Origin: Tubiluchus corallicola
Lineage: Eukaryota > Animalia > Priapulida
Direction of reading: 5' to 3'
DNA: 64,000 nucleotides
Assembly: GCA_030141605.1 (NCBI GenBank)
Contig: JAQGDQ010000756.1
Coordinates: forward strand, 2,435-66,434
Part shown: one piece after another, positions 49,512 through 63,674 of the stretch
How the letters are laid out: each line of letters starts with the position of its first letter
Position numbering within the stretch: position 1 is the first letter of the stretch
Notes under the pieces: generated by a model
What the model was told of the DNA's origin: nothing
The model's database searches: none
What the model saw: only the letters and a program-made list of their open reading frames with translations
Program-made: the position numbers and the translations under genes

Positions 49512-49997
49512 GCCATCATTCTTATCGTCATCATTACCACCACCACCACCATCATCATTATCATCATCGTCATCGTCATCATCATCATCGTCATTGTTAA
49601 TGCAAAAATATCAAAACAACAACAACAGCTGCAGCAATAACAACAGCAGCAACAGTAACAACAACAACAACACCACGAAAAACAACAACAACAACAACAA
49701 AAGCAACAACAACAGCAACAGTAACTACAACAACAACAACAACAATAATGGCATAAACAACAACAACAACAACAACAAAACCAATAACAACAGCAATAAC
49801 AACAGCAGCAACAACAACAACAACAACAACAGCAAAGCCAATAGCAACAGCAATAACAACAACAACAACACCAACACCAACAACACCATCACCAACAACA
49901 ACAAAAGCAACAACAACAACAACAACAACAACAACAAACAGCAGCAGCAACAACAAACAGCAGCAGCAACAACAACAACAATAACAACAACAACAGC

Positions 49998-50029
<32 letters not shown>

Positions 50030-50122
50030 ACAGCAGCAGCAACAACAATAACAACAACAACAACAACAACAATAACAACAACAACAACAACAACAAACAG
50101 CAGCAGCAACAACAACAACAAT

Positions 50123-50217
<95 letters not shown>

Positions 50218-50275
50218 ACAGCAGCAGCAGCAACAACAACAAACAACAGCAGCAACACAACAACAGCAACAACAA
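49512..50275. repeat. (ATC)n then (AAC/AGC)n microsatellite
   Basis: Direct inspection. Confidence 0.95.
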
Positions 50276-50804
50276 GGTTTAACGAGCAGTTATTTTGCAG
50301 AAAATGTTAATGACAGCATCTGCTGATGATTTAAGCAGACAAGCTGGGAGTTACTGATCCTGTAAATTTTCTACTAATGCCATTTGCTATCAGCTTTAAT
50401 TGCCTCATTAGAGGCTGCTGATCATTAAGAGGAAGATGCAGGGAAGCTGATTAAGCTCTTTTATGCTCACTTTCAGCAGGTATTTTCACGGGCATTTGAA
50501 GGATTTCTCAAAATAATTATTAGCAGGTTGCAAAACACACGTTGTGCAGGAATATTGCAGCCTACTCACATTGAAGCTGAACGTTGATACGGTTTATGCA
50601 GCTTATCTCGTTAGCGCGTGGTATAGCGATACGTCTTCATATCGCTGGAATACAAGAAATAGTGTAAAGTTCGCTTGTGCCTTGGTTATTCGTTCATTTA
50701 TTAGACTGTTTGTTTGTCTGTTCATCCATCTGTCCACCATTTGGTAATTTCAAACTTTCCATTGTTTATTTGAATATTTACTTTGAATAAGAAAGTTTTA
50801 TATT

Positions 50805-51706
50805 GCCTTGGTTTACCTTGTCTTACCTTGGTTTACCTTGTCTTACCTTGGTTACCTTGTCTTACCTTGTCTTACTTCACCTTACCTTACCTTACCTTGT
50901 TTTGTCTTATTTTACTTTATCTTACCTTGTCTTACCTTGTCTTACTTTACCTTACCTTACCTTGTCTTGTCTTACTTTACCTTACCTTACCTTACCTTAC
51001 CTTACCTTACCTTACCTTACCTTACCTTGCCTTACCTTACCTTACCTTACCTTACCTTACCTTGCCTCGCCTCACCTTACCTTGCCTTACCTTACCTTAC
51101 CTTACCTTACCTTACCTTACCTTAACTTATCTTACCTTGCCTTGCCTTGCCTTACCTTACCTTACCTTACCTTACCTTACCTTACCTTACCTTACCTTGC
51201 CTTGCCTCGCCTCACCTTACCTTACCTTACCTTACCTTACCTTACCTTGCCTTGCCTTGCCTCGCCTCACCTTACCTTACCTTGCCTTGCCTTACCTTAT
51301 CTTACCTTGCCTTGCCTTGCCTTACCTTACCTTACCTTACCTTACCTTAACTTACCTTACCTTACCTTACCTTACCTTACCTTACCTTACCTTACCTTAC
51401 CTTACCTTACCTTACCTTACCTTACCTTGCCTTGCCTTGCCTTGCCTTGCCTTACCTTACCTTACCTTACCTTATCTTACCTTACCTTGCCTCACCTTAC
51501 CTTACCTTGCGTTACGTTGCGTTACCTTACCTTACCTTACCTTACCTTACCTTGCCTTACCTTACCTTACCTTACCTTGCCTCACCTTACCTTACCTTAC
51601 CTTACCTTACATTACTTTTCCTCACCTCATCTTACCCTAGCTTGTCTCGCCTTACCTTACTATACCTTACCTTATTTTTCGTTTCATCACCTTACCCTTA
51701 CCTTAC
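50805..51706. repeat. (CCTTA)n/(CCTTG)n pentanucleotide satellite
   Basis: Direct inspection, ~180 units. Confidence 0.95.
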
Positions 51707-51844
51707 AATGCAAGAAATTAGAAAACCATTTTCATAGTTTTACAGTGCAGTCCATTTCTACAATAATTATATACGTTTAATTTATACCAGTAATCTTTGC
51801 CATAACTATGTTTAATGATACCACATCACAGACTCGTAGTCAAT

Positions 51845-52327
<483 letters not shown>

Positions 52328-52933
52328 GAAATGCTCATTTTAATATAAGAAGCAATAGTGACTCACGATGCATTACTATAGACATATAACTTGTCTAGCA
52401 AATGTTTGTTAAGAGCAAAATGTTTATTATGATCCTGCCATCATAAAACCGCATCTTTGTGTCAGCTTCTTCATTGAGAGGTTACATAATATCCGCTAAT
52501 TTGTCCTGATGCGCCGCTATGACGTCATTCAGCACTAATTAGGAGGGGAAATTAATTTCCTTTGGTCCTCTATACCTTCATTAAGAGTTAACCATGAATT
52601 TTGCGTAATTTTCTCTTATGCGCTTGCAAAGCCTTATAGAGAAATCTAATTATAGTTTCCTAGTTTGCCGTTGGTGGTGCTACTACCGCTGCTGACGTCA
52701 CTGTTGCTGATTGGTGTTGCTGTTGTTGCCACGCAACAAAAAAATGATACCAAATTGCAAGACGAATTTTTTTAGCTTGATTTACAAGCAGTGCTTAAGA
52801 GACTTTGAATAATTATTATATTGTGTTTCATCTTAGAGGGAAAGATTCTGGTCCTGCTACAACGATAAAGCCTGCCACTTGAGTGTTGTGTTCCACATTG
52901 AGAATTGTATATAAAATCTCTGTGACGAAAACT

Positions 52934-53530
52934 TTAAAACAAAACTGGACCAAATCTTAAACTGAAGGTCAAGCCAATCTACTCTTTCAAATATTGAAAG
53001 GAAACATTCTATTTTTTTGAAAAATGACTTAGGTGAAAGAATTATTACCACACAAACACAATTTCACGTTCGCCCCACTAGTTCTTCATTGTTACATGCA
53101 TTTTACCATTTGCTTGTTAGACGGGCACTAGCGCCTGCATTTCGGAAACGTATTACACAAAAACAGATACTGTACCTCTCAGTTCAGATGTCTTAGGTTG
53201 TGATGTAGTGCACAACTTCGACAGCTCATGCATGAGCACAGTGGTAAATTTGAAATTTGAATTTTTATCTTAAAACTCGCCTAGATTTCTTACAGCACAC
53301 TGAATATCTTTATTTCCTCACGGTAGCACTGTACTTCAATTTTCGCTTTCGCAGAATATTTTTGCTGTTGAAAGTTATGTTCGTTTGTGATGTCATCAAT
53401 AGTTGGGCTCGTTCGCCGTTAATTAAGTTTTTAATTTATTATTTAATTATCAGAAACGGTTTTGCCGTATTATTGGTGTTAAAAAGTATACTTTTTACCT
53501 TACTTGAAAATGGGATAGTATACGAAAAAT
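52934..53530 (-). mobile_element. Kolobok-like family K copy (inverted relative to 56104-56691)
   Basis: The reverse complement matches 56120-56695 in many blocks (gttagacgggcac, ttaaaact, gtgatgtcatcaat, gaaaatgggatagtata); TTAA at the left end. Confidence 0.75.
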
Positions 53531-54014
53531 TGGTTTTTCATTACTGACGAGTAACACAACAATCTCCAGGCAAACAAACTATACTTAGTGTAAAAGATTT
53601 TTTATGTTCCATTAGCTAAAACAGTAAATGCTAGTGCTAGCATGAAAACATGCTAAAATATTTGTGTCAGCGTTTTGAAATCTCGATATATGCTTCGCGC
53701 AGTTTTTTCTATCACGCTTTAGAATCGGCGCAAGTTTTCAGAAGCAGAAAAACAGAAAAACAGACACACAAAGAAACCGCTAATAAGCCGCATCAGAGAG
53801 TCATCACGGAATTCTTATCACGGTGCAGAAAAACTTGATTAACTGCTACGCTGAGCAACGAAAACGAAACGACATTGCGAGTTGTCAGATAATAAAATAG
53901 AGATTTGCAAGAGGGAAGAACAATTAATACTGATTAGGTGATGTTTCGGTTGTTTCTTTGACAACTGCTGTTGCCGACGAGGACCGCGCAGGGATGACGT
54001 CCTGCCAGGATGCG

Positions 54015-54516
54015 CAGGGATGAGAATTGTCCGCGGAATTCCGAGTTTTTGGAAGACCAGTAGTGCCATTTTTGTAAACCGTGTGAATTCGTTGAGAAAA
54101 TTTTTACGGACCCAGTACATTATTTCACAAGCTGACCGCTAGATGGCGGGCGGTCACTTTGTTTACTTCACGTACATCAGTGTAACCACGTGTATATCTC
54201 TATGTGTAAAAATATAGAATAAATTGTGTGGAGTTATTTGAGTCAATTGCAGACAGTTTTTATATACTTTTGCATGGGAGTGGCCAGTACTTAGGCATTT
54301 TTGAGACAATTAGGTATCATGTATCCTTGATAGTTGGGTATTTTAAATTATGCATGAAACAAGGTAATTGATATTTTAAGTCCAGTATATTCCACTCTAT
54401 GGTCACAAAATTGCAATTTGTTGCTGGCTCCAAGGGGAGTTTGCCCCTCAACCCATTGGGCCTCAAAACCACCAGCCTGTTTCAGAGTTTTTTGCAATTT
54501 GTCATTCTCATCCCTA
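54015..54516 (+). mobile_element. hAT-like MITE, copy 2
   Basis: CAGGGATGAGAAT / ATTCTCATCCCTA ends; interior nearly identical to 10595-11107. Confidence 0.85.
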
Positions 54517-54577
54517 TGACCGCGAACACAGTACAGTAGCTTTTCTTTCTCTGTAAAAATGTGACTAAAACGGGAAG

Positions 54578-55250
54578 ATGGCGTTAAGTTTGGTTCAAGG
54601 TTAAGATTAGGGATCAGGATAGGGATTAGGTGGGGATTAGGGTTGGGGTTAGTCACCCTTTTAGTCACTCTTTTTGAAAATTTTATTTTTTATTCAATTC
54701 GATTTTTTTATTTCGACGATTTGGTCAGGAATTTTGCTACAAAATAAAAACTCAACAGTTAACTTCTGGTAAAATTATGCCAGTACATGTTTCTTTGCTC
54801 ATAATATAATTCAAGGCCTGGCTTCCTCGTGCTTCGCAATGACAAGTAACTGCTGCGCAAGTTATCGTGAGAAACCTTATAATAGTGTTGACACTTATAT
54901 TGTTGACAATTTCCAATACAATTTAAATACAGTAACCCTAACCCTAATCCTAGCCCTAATCCTAACCCTCATCCTAGCCCTAATCCTAACCCTAATCCTA
55001 ACCCTAATCCTAGCCCTAACCCTAATCCTAGCCCTAGCCCTATCCCATTCCCTAATGCTAATCTTAAACAAAGCTTAACGTCAACCCTAAGTATAACCCT
55101 AACCCTATTCCTAAACCTAATTCTAACCCAACCCCAAATCTAACTCTAACCCTAATTCCAACTCTATCCCAATCCTATCCCGATCCCTAATTCTAACCTT
55201 AAACCAACCATATCGCCAGCGCTAACCCTAATCATAACCCTAATTCCAAT
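54578..55250. repeat. Degenerate telomere-like repeats: TTAGGG-type (54600-54652) facing CCCTAA-type (54933-55250)
   Basis: gattagggatcaggatagggattagg... and aaccctaaccctaatcctagccctaatcc... Confidence 0.7.
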
Positions 55251-55450
55251 CCGCTTCACAAACTAATTTCTTGTGTAAACTTTAACCGTATCACGTGTCC
55301 ACATTTTTCCAGTTGTAAACCTAAGGTCACCGTGTATCGCTTTGGCTACAGTGTGAACAAAGCGCATTTATTTTATATAAAATTTTCAAAATAATTCAAA
55401 GAATGCTGCAAGTCTCTCAACTAAAAAAGGAATTTTTCAAAATTTTGCTT

Positions 55451-55732
55451 TGTTTACATTGTTTCACGTGTTCACTTGTTTAAAATCGTATCCACGTTGC
55501 TAACGCGTTGTTGTTCGCGACTATTTTACAATTGTCGTTTTCTTTCGTTTGCGTTCGCGAGATGGCAGCACAAACATACTTTGGAATGCTCTGTTTACAT
55601 TGTTTAACGTGTTCACTTGTTTAAAATCGTATCCACGTTGCAAACTCGTTGTTGTTCGCGACTATTTTACAATTGTCGTTTTCTTTCGTTTGTGTTCGCG
55701 AGATGGCAGCACAAACATACTTCGGAATGCTT
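55451..55732. repeat. 141-bp tandem duplication
   Basis: tgtttacattgttt...gagatggcagcacaaacatact at 55451 and 55592. Confidence 0.85.
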
Positions 55733-56103
55733 TGTCGACACGAAGCCTGGAATCGTAGTAATTAGTGCAGCCCAAAGACTTGCGAGTTAATATAATCGAT
55801 TGAGTTCATAGAATTGTTACATCAAAAGATTTCCCTTGGTATTTCAGTTAGTTCAAGTCTTGATGAAAGTAAACGGAAGTGGTGCTGACAAGGCACTGGC
55901 GTAGCAGTGTCTAGTTTTTTTCCTGGATTACTGCTGCGTTTACCTGTCTGAAGGCAGATTTCTTTTATTTTAGAATTCTGCCTGCTCAATGTCTACAATA
56001 GACGTGACGGGCGTACGATGATAATGATGATGATGATGATAATGATGATTGATGAAAGTAAGACGTTATGTCAAAGTGTTTAAAGATCAGCAACCACAGT
56101 TAA

Positions 56104-56691
56104 AGGAAGACAGGATGATTTTTCATATACTATCCCATTTTCAACTCCAGAAGTATACATTTTATCATAATTAATACTGCAAAAGCATTTATAATAATTA
56201 GATAATCGACTAAAAATTTAATTAACGGCGGGCTAGCCCAAATATTGATGACATCACAAACTAACACAATTTTCAACATCAAAAATATTCCACGAGCGTG
56301 TTGCACGTGTTTGTGAAAGCGAAAATTGAAGTGCAGTGTTACTGTCAGATATTCAAGTTTTAAGATAAAAATTCACATTTCAAATTTACAGTTGCGCTTA
56401 CGCATCAGTTCTAGAACTTGTGCAGCATATCACAAACTAACACATCTGAACTGAGATGTACAGCACCTGTTTGTGTCCAATGCGATTTCGAAATGCAGGC
56501 GCTGGTGCCCGTCTAACTAGCAAATGGTGAAATGCATGTAACAGCGAAGAACTAGTGGCGTGAAATTGTGTTTGTGTGGTAATAATTCCTTCACAAAAGT
56601 CATTTTTGAAAAAAAAACAATACGTTTCTTTTCAATTTTTTGAAGAGTAGATTGTTTTGACCTACAGTTTAAGATTGGGTCCAGGTTTGCT
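56104..56691 (+). mobile_element. Kolobok-like family K, full-length copy with TTAA flanks
   Basis: TTAA|AGGAAGACAGGATGATT start (similar to the 32303 TIR) and ...CCAGGTTTGCT|TTAA end; homologues at 9395 and 52934. Confidence 0.75.
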
Positions 56692-57875
56692 TTAAAGCAT
56701 AAGAAACACCCTTCATAAATAAGGTTTAAAAATTTGTCTTCTTATTTTATGCCACTTGCATGCTGTCTTATTGCACACAAAGCTTGCTTTAACAGTAACG
56801 CAAAGTTCTTTTAGCATGTTTTCATGCAGTAGCAGGAGCATTCACTGTTTGCTGCTGATTAAATATAAAAAGTCTCTTACGCTAAAGAGGCGGTCTAGTT
56901 TTTTCTGGAGAATATTATGTTACTCGTCATTAAAGTTCTCTCTAAACAGTTTTAAGCTTTTTTATACAATTTTCAAACTGGAACCCAACATTTAGTGGCA
57001 GGCTTTATCATTGTAGCAGGACCAGAATCTTCCCGTCTAAGATCAAAACACAATATTGTAATTAGTCGACGCACAAAAACTTCTCGTAAATAAATCTTTA
57101 AAAATTCGTCTTGTGGTTTGGTATCAGTTGCATATGGTGTCTTATTGCGCATAGGGTTTGCGTCAGCAGTACTGCTGTATAAAACTTCGTACAAATGTCT
57201 TAAGAAATTTAAACTGCCGTTAGGTGCAATCATTTTTAGAGTGTTTTTGTAACAAGTTTAGATAACATTGGCTAAAAATTTGAAAAAATAATGATAGAGT
57301 GATAGGTGGTAAAATTTCTCTATTTCTTTTTTATTTGTTTTTTATTTCTTCTTTTCTTCTGTTCACCTTCTTAATTTCAACTTCTTTCACACCAGCATCG
57401 TCATTCACACCCACAGACTATCATTTCAAATTTTGAAAGGACAATTTCGTTCGTTTTCAACCAATTTTCATGTTTAACCAGTATTCAAGTCGACTTTATT
57501 TCTCATTCTTTACGCCTAACACGCATTTCTTTGCAATTACAATTCCTCTCACATTGAATAAAAAGTTTCCATGTCATTCGTCAAGCTACTCACGGTAAAT
57601 TTGCGCGTGTTATTGCAGCGTGAAAATTTAATGGACTTTACCGAGTGATAATAAAACCGAACTTTGCCCATAAGATGTGCTTCAACGCTCGCTTTATTAT
57701 TGGCTTCTTGTCTACAGCTGCTATGAAAATTGGCTTCAATGATTTATTAGAATGAAAATTTCAAAAATAAGAGTTTCGTCACGTTTCTCTGGCTGTTGTA
57801 AAACGGCTTGTACAGATATTCAAGGTCACGTGAGAAAAACACAAAAAAGTTTCTGACGTTGGGTTGGTGGCTACA

Positions 57876-58044
57876 GATGACGAGGATGGCGACGACAATG
57901 ATGACGATGATGATGATGGAGATGATGCTGATGGCGCTTACGACAATGATGATGGTGGTGATCATGATCACGATGACGACGACAACGATGATGATAATGA
58001 TGATGGTGATGACGACAACGACGACGACGATGATGATGATGACG
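57876..58044. repeat. (GAT/GAC)n simple repeat
   Basis: Direct inspection. Confidence 0.85.
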
Positions 58045-58765
58045 CGATTTTGCAACCTGTCACTAAAAAGAAACGCATATTTCGTAGCCATACAGGTTGT
58101 TTTAATAATTTCCAATCAGTGTCTCATGTTTGGCTGATTAAAACTAGTTAATAATTAGATGGGCGACAGTTTTATTATTACTTGTCTTATTACTGCCGAT
58201 TATTTCTCTTGTTAAACGAGACCGCGTAACGACCGAATGCGTATTCCGGTTCACTGTTTCATTGTGGAGGATTAACGTTGACTATGAAAAAGGTGCAGTC
58301 CTGCCACACCTAGACATAATCGAAAGGCTCATTACCAAGTGCCTATTATGATTTGCAGAATGGTATATAAGAAGTTGTGATCGCGAGTTTATTTACCACA
58401 AAGGCTGTGAGAAAAATGTCTCTGCTTTAAATGAGCCCTCATCCAGTTAATCTACACACCAGCTGTTGCCTAACTTTTGCACTGCAATGTATAAAATGGT
58501 CTGCTACTCCTACGCAAGCTGGTATGTGTTTTTATCGATCGTTTAACGAACACCAGTACATACTCGTATTATTAGAAATTTCAAAATTAGTTTAGGTTGT
58601 AATCAGAAACATGAAATTTCCCGCACGAATTGAGTCATTAGAACAAAATTGTGGTTAATATTCTGATTGTAATTTGGCAGACATAAAATTTGCATTTTAA
58701 TAGACGCTTCAGTTTTCATTAATTTGTTATGAGAGCATTGCTGCGTAGGATGCTGATGAAAAGTT

Positions 58766-59203
58766 GCAATATCATCAGACTGACAAACAATGTGGAGAAT
58801 TTGACTATTGTACACAATCATAAACAATAACAAGTCAACAATATCATTATACTGACAGACAGGAACAAACAATGTAGAGAATTTAACTATTGTACACAAT
58901 CATAAACAATAACAAGTCAACAATATCATTAGATTGACAGACAAGAACAAACAATGTAGAACATTTGACTATTGTACACAATCATAAACAATAACAAGTC
59001 AGCAATATCATCAGACTGACAGACAGGAACAAACAATGTAGAACATTTGACTATTGTACACAATCATAAACAATAACAAGTCAACAAATCATTAGATTGA
59101 CAGACAGCAACAAACAATGTAAAGCATTTAACTATTGTACACAATCACAAACAATAACAAGTCAACAATATCATCAGACTGGCAAACAGCAACAAACAAT
59201 GTG
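58766..59203. repeat. 82-bp minisatellite, ~5 copies, followed by (GA)n at 59208-59264
   Basis: TGTACACAATC recurs at 58809, 58891, 58973 and 59055. Confidence 0.9.
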
Positions 59204-59206
59204 GAG

Positions 59207-59271
<65 letters not shown>

Positions 59272-60479
59272 GGGGGGGAGGAAGACTATAGTTCGCTTAT
59301 CACTTTCTTTTGAAAGATATATTTCTAATGTAAATAAGTTATGAATGATGATTTTTTAATGTGACGTTAAAAGCTGAATAAACAAATGACAGGCCTAGGT
59401 AAGAGTTAATGACAGAAGATTATACACAGACCAACATCTATCAATCACAAAACCGGAACAGGATGTTATTAACACTGACTGCTGACGTCACACAGCAACG
59501 AGTATAATTTGCTTAGCAATTAAGGGGCACTTACTAAACTGGAAGCCGCTGACAGTTAAGCTGCAGTTACACCAGGAAAACAGTTATCCAATACTTTAAC
59601 CAGCTGGCGCACGTGCGGGGTGCTAATTAACAGCGTTTAACGAACGCGTGACGTCAACAAAAACGATACGTCACGTACATTTTTCATCCAATGACAGACT
59701 GACAAGACAGCAGTTAGCCATATGTGGAATCTTAAAAAACTAGAAAGAAGCAATGTGGGCGAAGCTTTGCGAATGGGTTTGATACGAGTCTAAAATGACA
59801 CAAAAATTGAAGAACTGACGACAACAAAAATGAAAAGTCACGTACATTTTCATCCACTGACCGCCTGACAGAAGAGCCTCCGCTATATTTAATTACCACA
59901 AAAATTAGGAAGAAGCAATGTGGGCGAAGCTTTGTTAATGGATTTGATACCATTTTAATGGATATGAGATTAAGAATGACAAAAATGATTACTGCTCTCA
60001 CACAGAAAGACACATGAAAAAATCACTGCAGGCATATAGCATTTTTGTTTTTTCTTCAGAAAATATTTAAGACAAAGATGTCTTCCTAGATAGCATTCAC
60101 GTTCTCAGGCTTGCTAACTTTTTCATTTTTCTTCTCATTTTTTCATTTTCTGTTCGTTTATTATCCCAAAAACGAGTTTAATAGATGGCGCCACCAATGC
60201 TGGCCGTAGCGTGTTAAGGGTAAAACTTGTTGCCAAGATTAAGAAACGTATCCCGGGGGCTTAGTCTAACTAGAGAAAGATGTCACCTTTACTAATTAGA
60301 CTGCTGAGACTAATTAAATTCTAATTCATAGTGACAGCGGCTGACTCTATTGCTTAGTTGATAACAATAGTGTGACAACTGTAACGAAAGGTATTTAATC
60401 TCCGGAAGTTATATAGGATGTGCTCCGGTAAGAGGAAAGCCTAGATCATTATGACGCTTCAAAGCAACTTTTTCGCTTT

Positions 60480-60846
60480 TGTTGTGGAGATCGGTGGCAT
60501 CTATTAGAATTAAATAGAACATTGTAGAATGTTCCATTAAAATAATCGTCTTACCGTGTGGAATGTTCTGGAACAAAACTTCTAGAAGCTTCTCAGGCAC
60601 GCTATACAAGGCGAAGCAGGCCGCTGAAACACACGCTGATTCACACGGACGCCACTTACACATTCTCTTGTATACTTGTATTTTCAGATACACTCAAACG
60701 TTTTCCAGATTTTCACGTTTAGTGTAATCATTTCACGTTCCTTCATACTTTTGTGTTTTAGAATTCTCGCTTAATAAACTAGTTTAATTTGACGAAGTGT
60801 TTTCTGGTTTTCTCTACGAGCCTTCCGAGAGAAACAAAACACAACA
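60480..60846 (+). mobile_element. Solo LTR, second copy of the 20542 family, without matching TSD
   Basis: TGTTGTG...CACAACA, with internal AATAAA; the flanks GCTTT / TGTAA do not match. Confidence 0.88.
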
Positions 60847-61672
60847 TGTAAAAACTTGCGTTTCTGTTTATCAACGCTTCATTCGTTTGAGGTCAAGTTG
60901 ACCCAAGTTTTCAAGACGAGTTTGTCATAATTGATTTCGTTTTGGCCTTGAGTGATTTGTTGTCTAGCTGAGTTGATTATTATTATTTGATTATTCTAGC
61001 CTTGTCAAAGCACACCCTTTTAGTTTAGTACTGAGTTCTAAAAATCAATAAAATAATCGATAAACATTTTAACGCGTCGCTTTACCACGTTACCGAACGG
61101 GGAAATAAAATTATATGAAAAGTTTGATTGATTAAGTTATTGATTCATAGATGGCGCCTGTCCTGTCCACGTGCTCAGGAATTTGACAAAAAACGACATT
61201 GCTCTAATGCATATCGACAGGCGGCCCTGTCACAAGTAGCGTACGAAGCACTTGCCTTTGTTGTTGATGTTAGCATTCGATGAAGCCAGTCAGTGTTCCC
61301 CGGAGGAGCAGTTTGGCGTCGGGAGTTTCTCTCTGTCGTGTGTGCGTGTGTGCATACGCGCGGCGGAAGTGGACGCTGCGACCGTGAAACATGAAATATT
61401 ACATAATCGATATGAGCACGTGGTGGTTGTTGTGTGCTTGCTGTGCAAATCAGGCCTAAGCGCTCTTAATGAAATGTACGTAAGTGGATGAAAGCAGCGG
61501 GGAAAAAAACCACAGAAAGCTTTTAGCGTTGAAACACTTACGTCGTGTAGTTAGTGGTGAAAGAGGGAAAGAGATGAACACGGAGAGGAAAGAGGGAGTG
61601 AAATTTAGAAAAAGAACGAATAAGGCTGAGTGCCACGGTGAGGAAGTAAGTATACAATGCAGGTGACGTCGT

Positions 61673-61833
61673 AGAAACACTTGATACAAGTTAATTCTTT
61701 TCTAGTTTATTCACAAACTGTGACGTCACAGAAATACTTAATACAAGTTAATTCTTTTCTAGTTTATTCACAAACTGTGACGTCACAGAAACACTTAATA
61801 CAAGTTAATTCTTTTCTAGTTTATTCACAAACA
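61673..61833. repeat. 57-bp tandem repeat, ~3 copies
   Basis: TACAAGTTAATTC at 61685, 61742 and 61799. Confidence 0.85.
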
Positions 61834-63296
61834 CTAAAACTGTCGCTCGAATGAAGGTTGTTTCAAACGAATTTATTGATCATTGTTTATAAGCCAATAA
61901 ACTCGCTTGAATTAACCGTGACGGTTGTGACAGTTTGAGTGTTTATGTGCGAGGTAAACCTTTTCTAGTGTGTGTTGGAATTTTTGCTTAAATTAATTTT
62001 TCTCTAATTTTTCCACAGTTTTTCTACAAAGGCCATTTTTTTAAATACTGTTTTTTGTTTTTTTCTTTAAAAACATTTCTTCTTTGCTGTTCTTTTTTCG
62101 TTTTCTCACTTTCCTCTCCCTCTTTATTTCTGCTAATACTTCTCTTGCTGTGGCTCGAACTACTACCCCAGCAGTTCCCACTATAATAGTACTGTCACTA
62201 CAATTTATACCATGGTCACACCCATTTCCTTTTTCTGCTTATTTTCTCTCTCTTCAGAGGCAACTTTATTTCCAAGATTTTTTAAAGGATAAGAAAAGAG
62301 GTACCTGAAGGAGGTTTCAGAAAAATTGTCTTTGAGAAATTATGTTACTTTATAGCAATTTTATGCGTATGTCGCCGTCGCGTTGAAAGGAATTTTAATT
62401 TGTTTTCAATTTAAATCTCCTGCAACTCTGTTCCTACCGCGCCATCATATGACGTCATATACGCACAAAGTAAATCAGGGGAAGAAAAGGTAATGATAAA
62501 TTATGTCCCGAAATACTTTCCGTACCGATTGATCAGCATTTGGCTTAACTACTGGAAAGACTTCTGTAACTAGAAAAAAATTGCTAATTACTTAAAATGT
62601 TTTTACCAATTCTTACAATGTCGCTGACTCACCCTCCAGGGTGCACCACTCCCTAACCAAAAACATATTTTTAATCTTATTGACAAGATACAATAATTTA
62701 AAATTTTATTTAGTTAGTGACGTGTGCACTACGAATGCTCTGATTATTTTTCAAACTTGATAAAATGTTATGTAAACTTGTTTCAACTGATGTTTCGTCA
62801 AAATGGCTGCGTCTAACGGTCATCGCGAGAATTTAAATTTACAAGTTTTATACAGCGTGACTGCCGACGCAAGTCCTGCATACAAAAAGGCAGTATGTAA
62901 GTGCTATGAACTTTCAAGACGAATTCTTGTAAGCTTTACGTAAGTGGAGGGTTGCCTTGTCCTTTAATATTTTGTCGAACATGTCCTGGTTGTATTGCTG
63001 ACATGAGAGATGACTACTTGATTCCACGTAGTTTTTAGACTACAGAGGCTTTGTAGTATCATCAGTAATTCTGGTAAAGCTTAGCTTTTAACTAAGCCAA
63101 TGTGGGTAATCTTTGTAATGAGTCTACACTGTGAAGATTAAGTATTCCGTGTCGTTATTCTTGCTAATGGCTTCATTGTAGATTTCTGCACAGTGAGGTA
63201 ACAGCTAGAACAGGTTAAGTGGATGGCTTCGTGAAATTATAATTTCACACCGCATTTATGCAATGGTGTGCAAGTGCTCTTTCTGTCTTACCAACA

Positions 63297-63674
63297 TCAC
63301 AGTTCCAGCGATTGATGATGATCGTGAAAAGGTCAAAGGTCAAAGTGTACTAGACAACGCATTTCTGTTCACTTGACAATGGCTCTCAGTCGATACTGTG
63401 GTAATAGTAAGAGTTTTAACAGCTAGCTGGAATCTTACCTAAGTCATTTTTTCTTGTTGCCAAGCTAGGTTCTGCTACTAAATCACTCTACGTCCAGACT
63501 AATGCATAATTAAGCAAAGTCTCAGTAAAACAACTGAAGTTACTGAACTGACGAGGCAGCTGACTTTGCTTTACCCACGTGACGGTTCTAGGTAAGATGT
63601 GTTGGTGCGGTACACCTAACCTTTGACCTGCAGCAGCTGCGCGTGCGCACAACGAAACTGTGAAAAGGCTGATT
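63297..63674 (+). mobile_element. MITE family A, copy 2
   Basis: tcacagttccagcgattga...gcggtacac.taacctttgacct...gaaactgtgaaaaggc is homologous to 4589-4980. Confidence 0.75.

Noticed and set aside
50805-51706. Arthropod-type telomere
   Set aside because: The unit is CCTTA (TAAGG), not CCTAA (TTAGG); it is interstitial and mixed with CCTTG.
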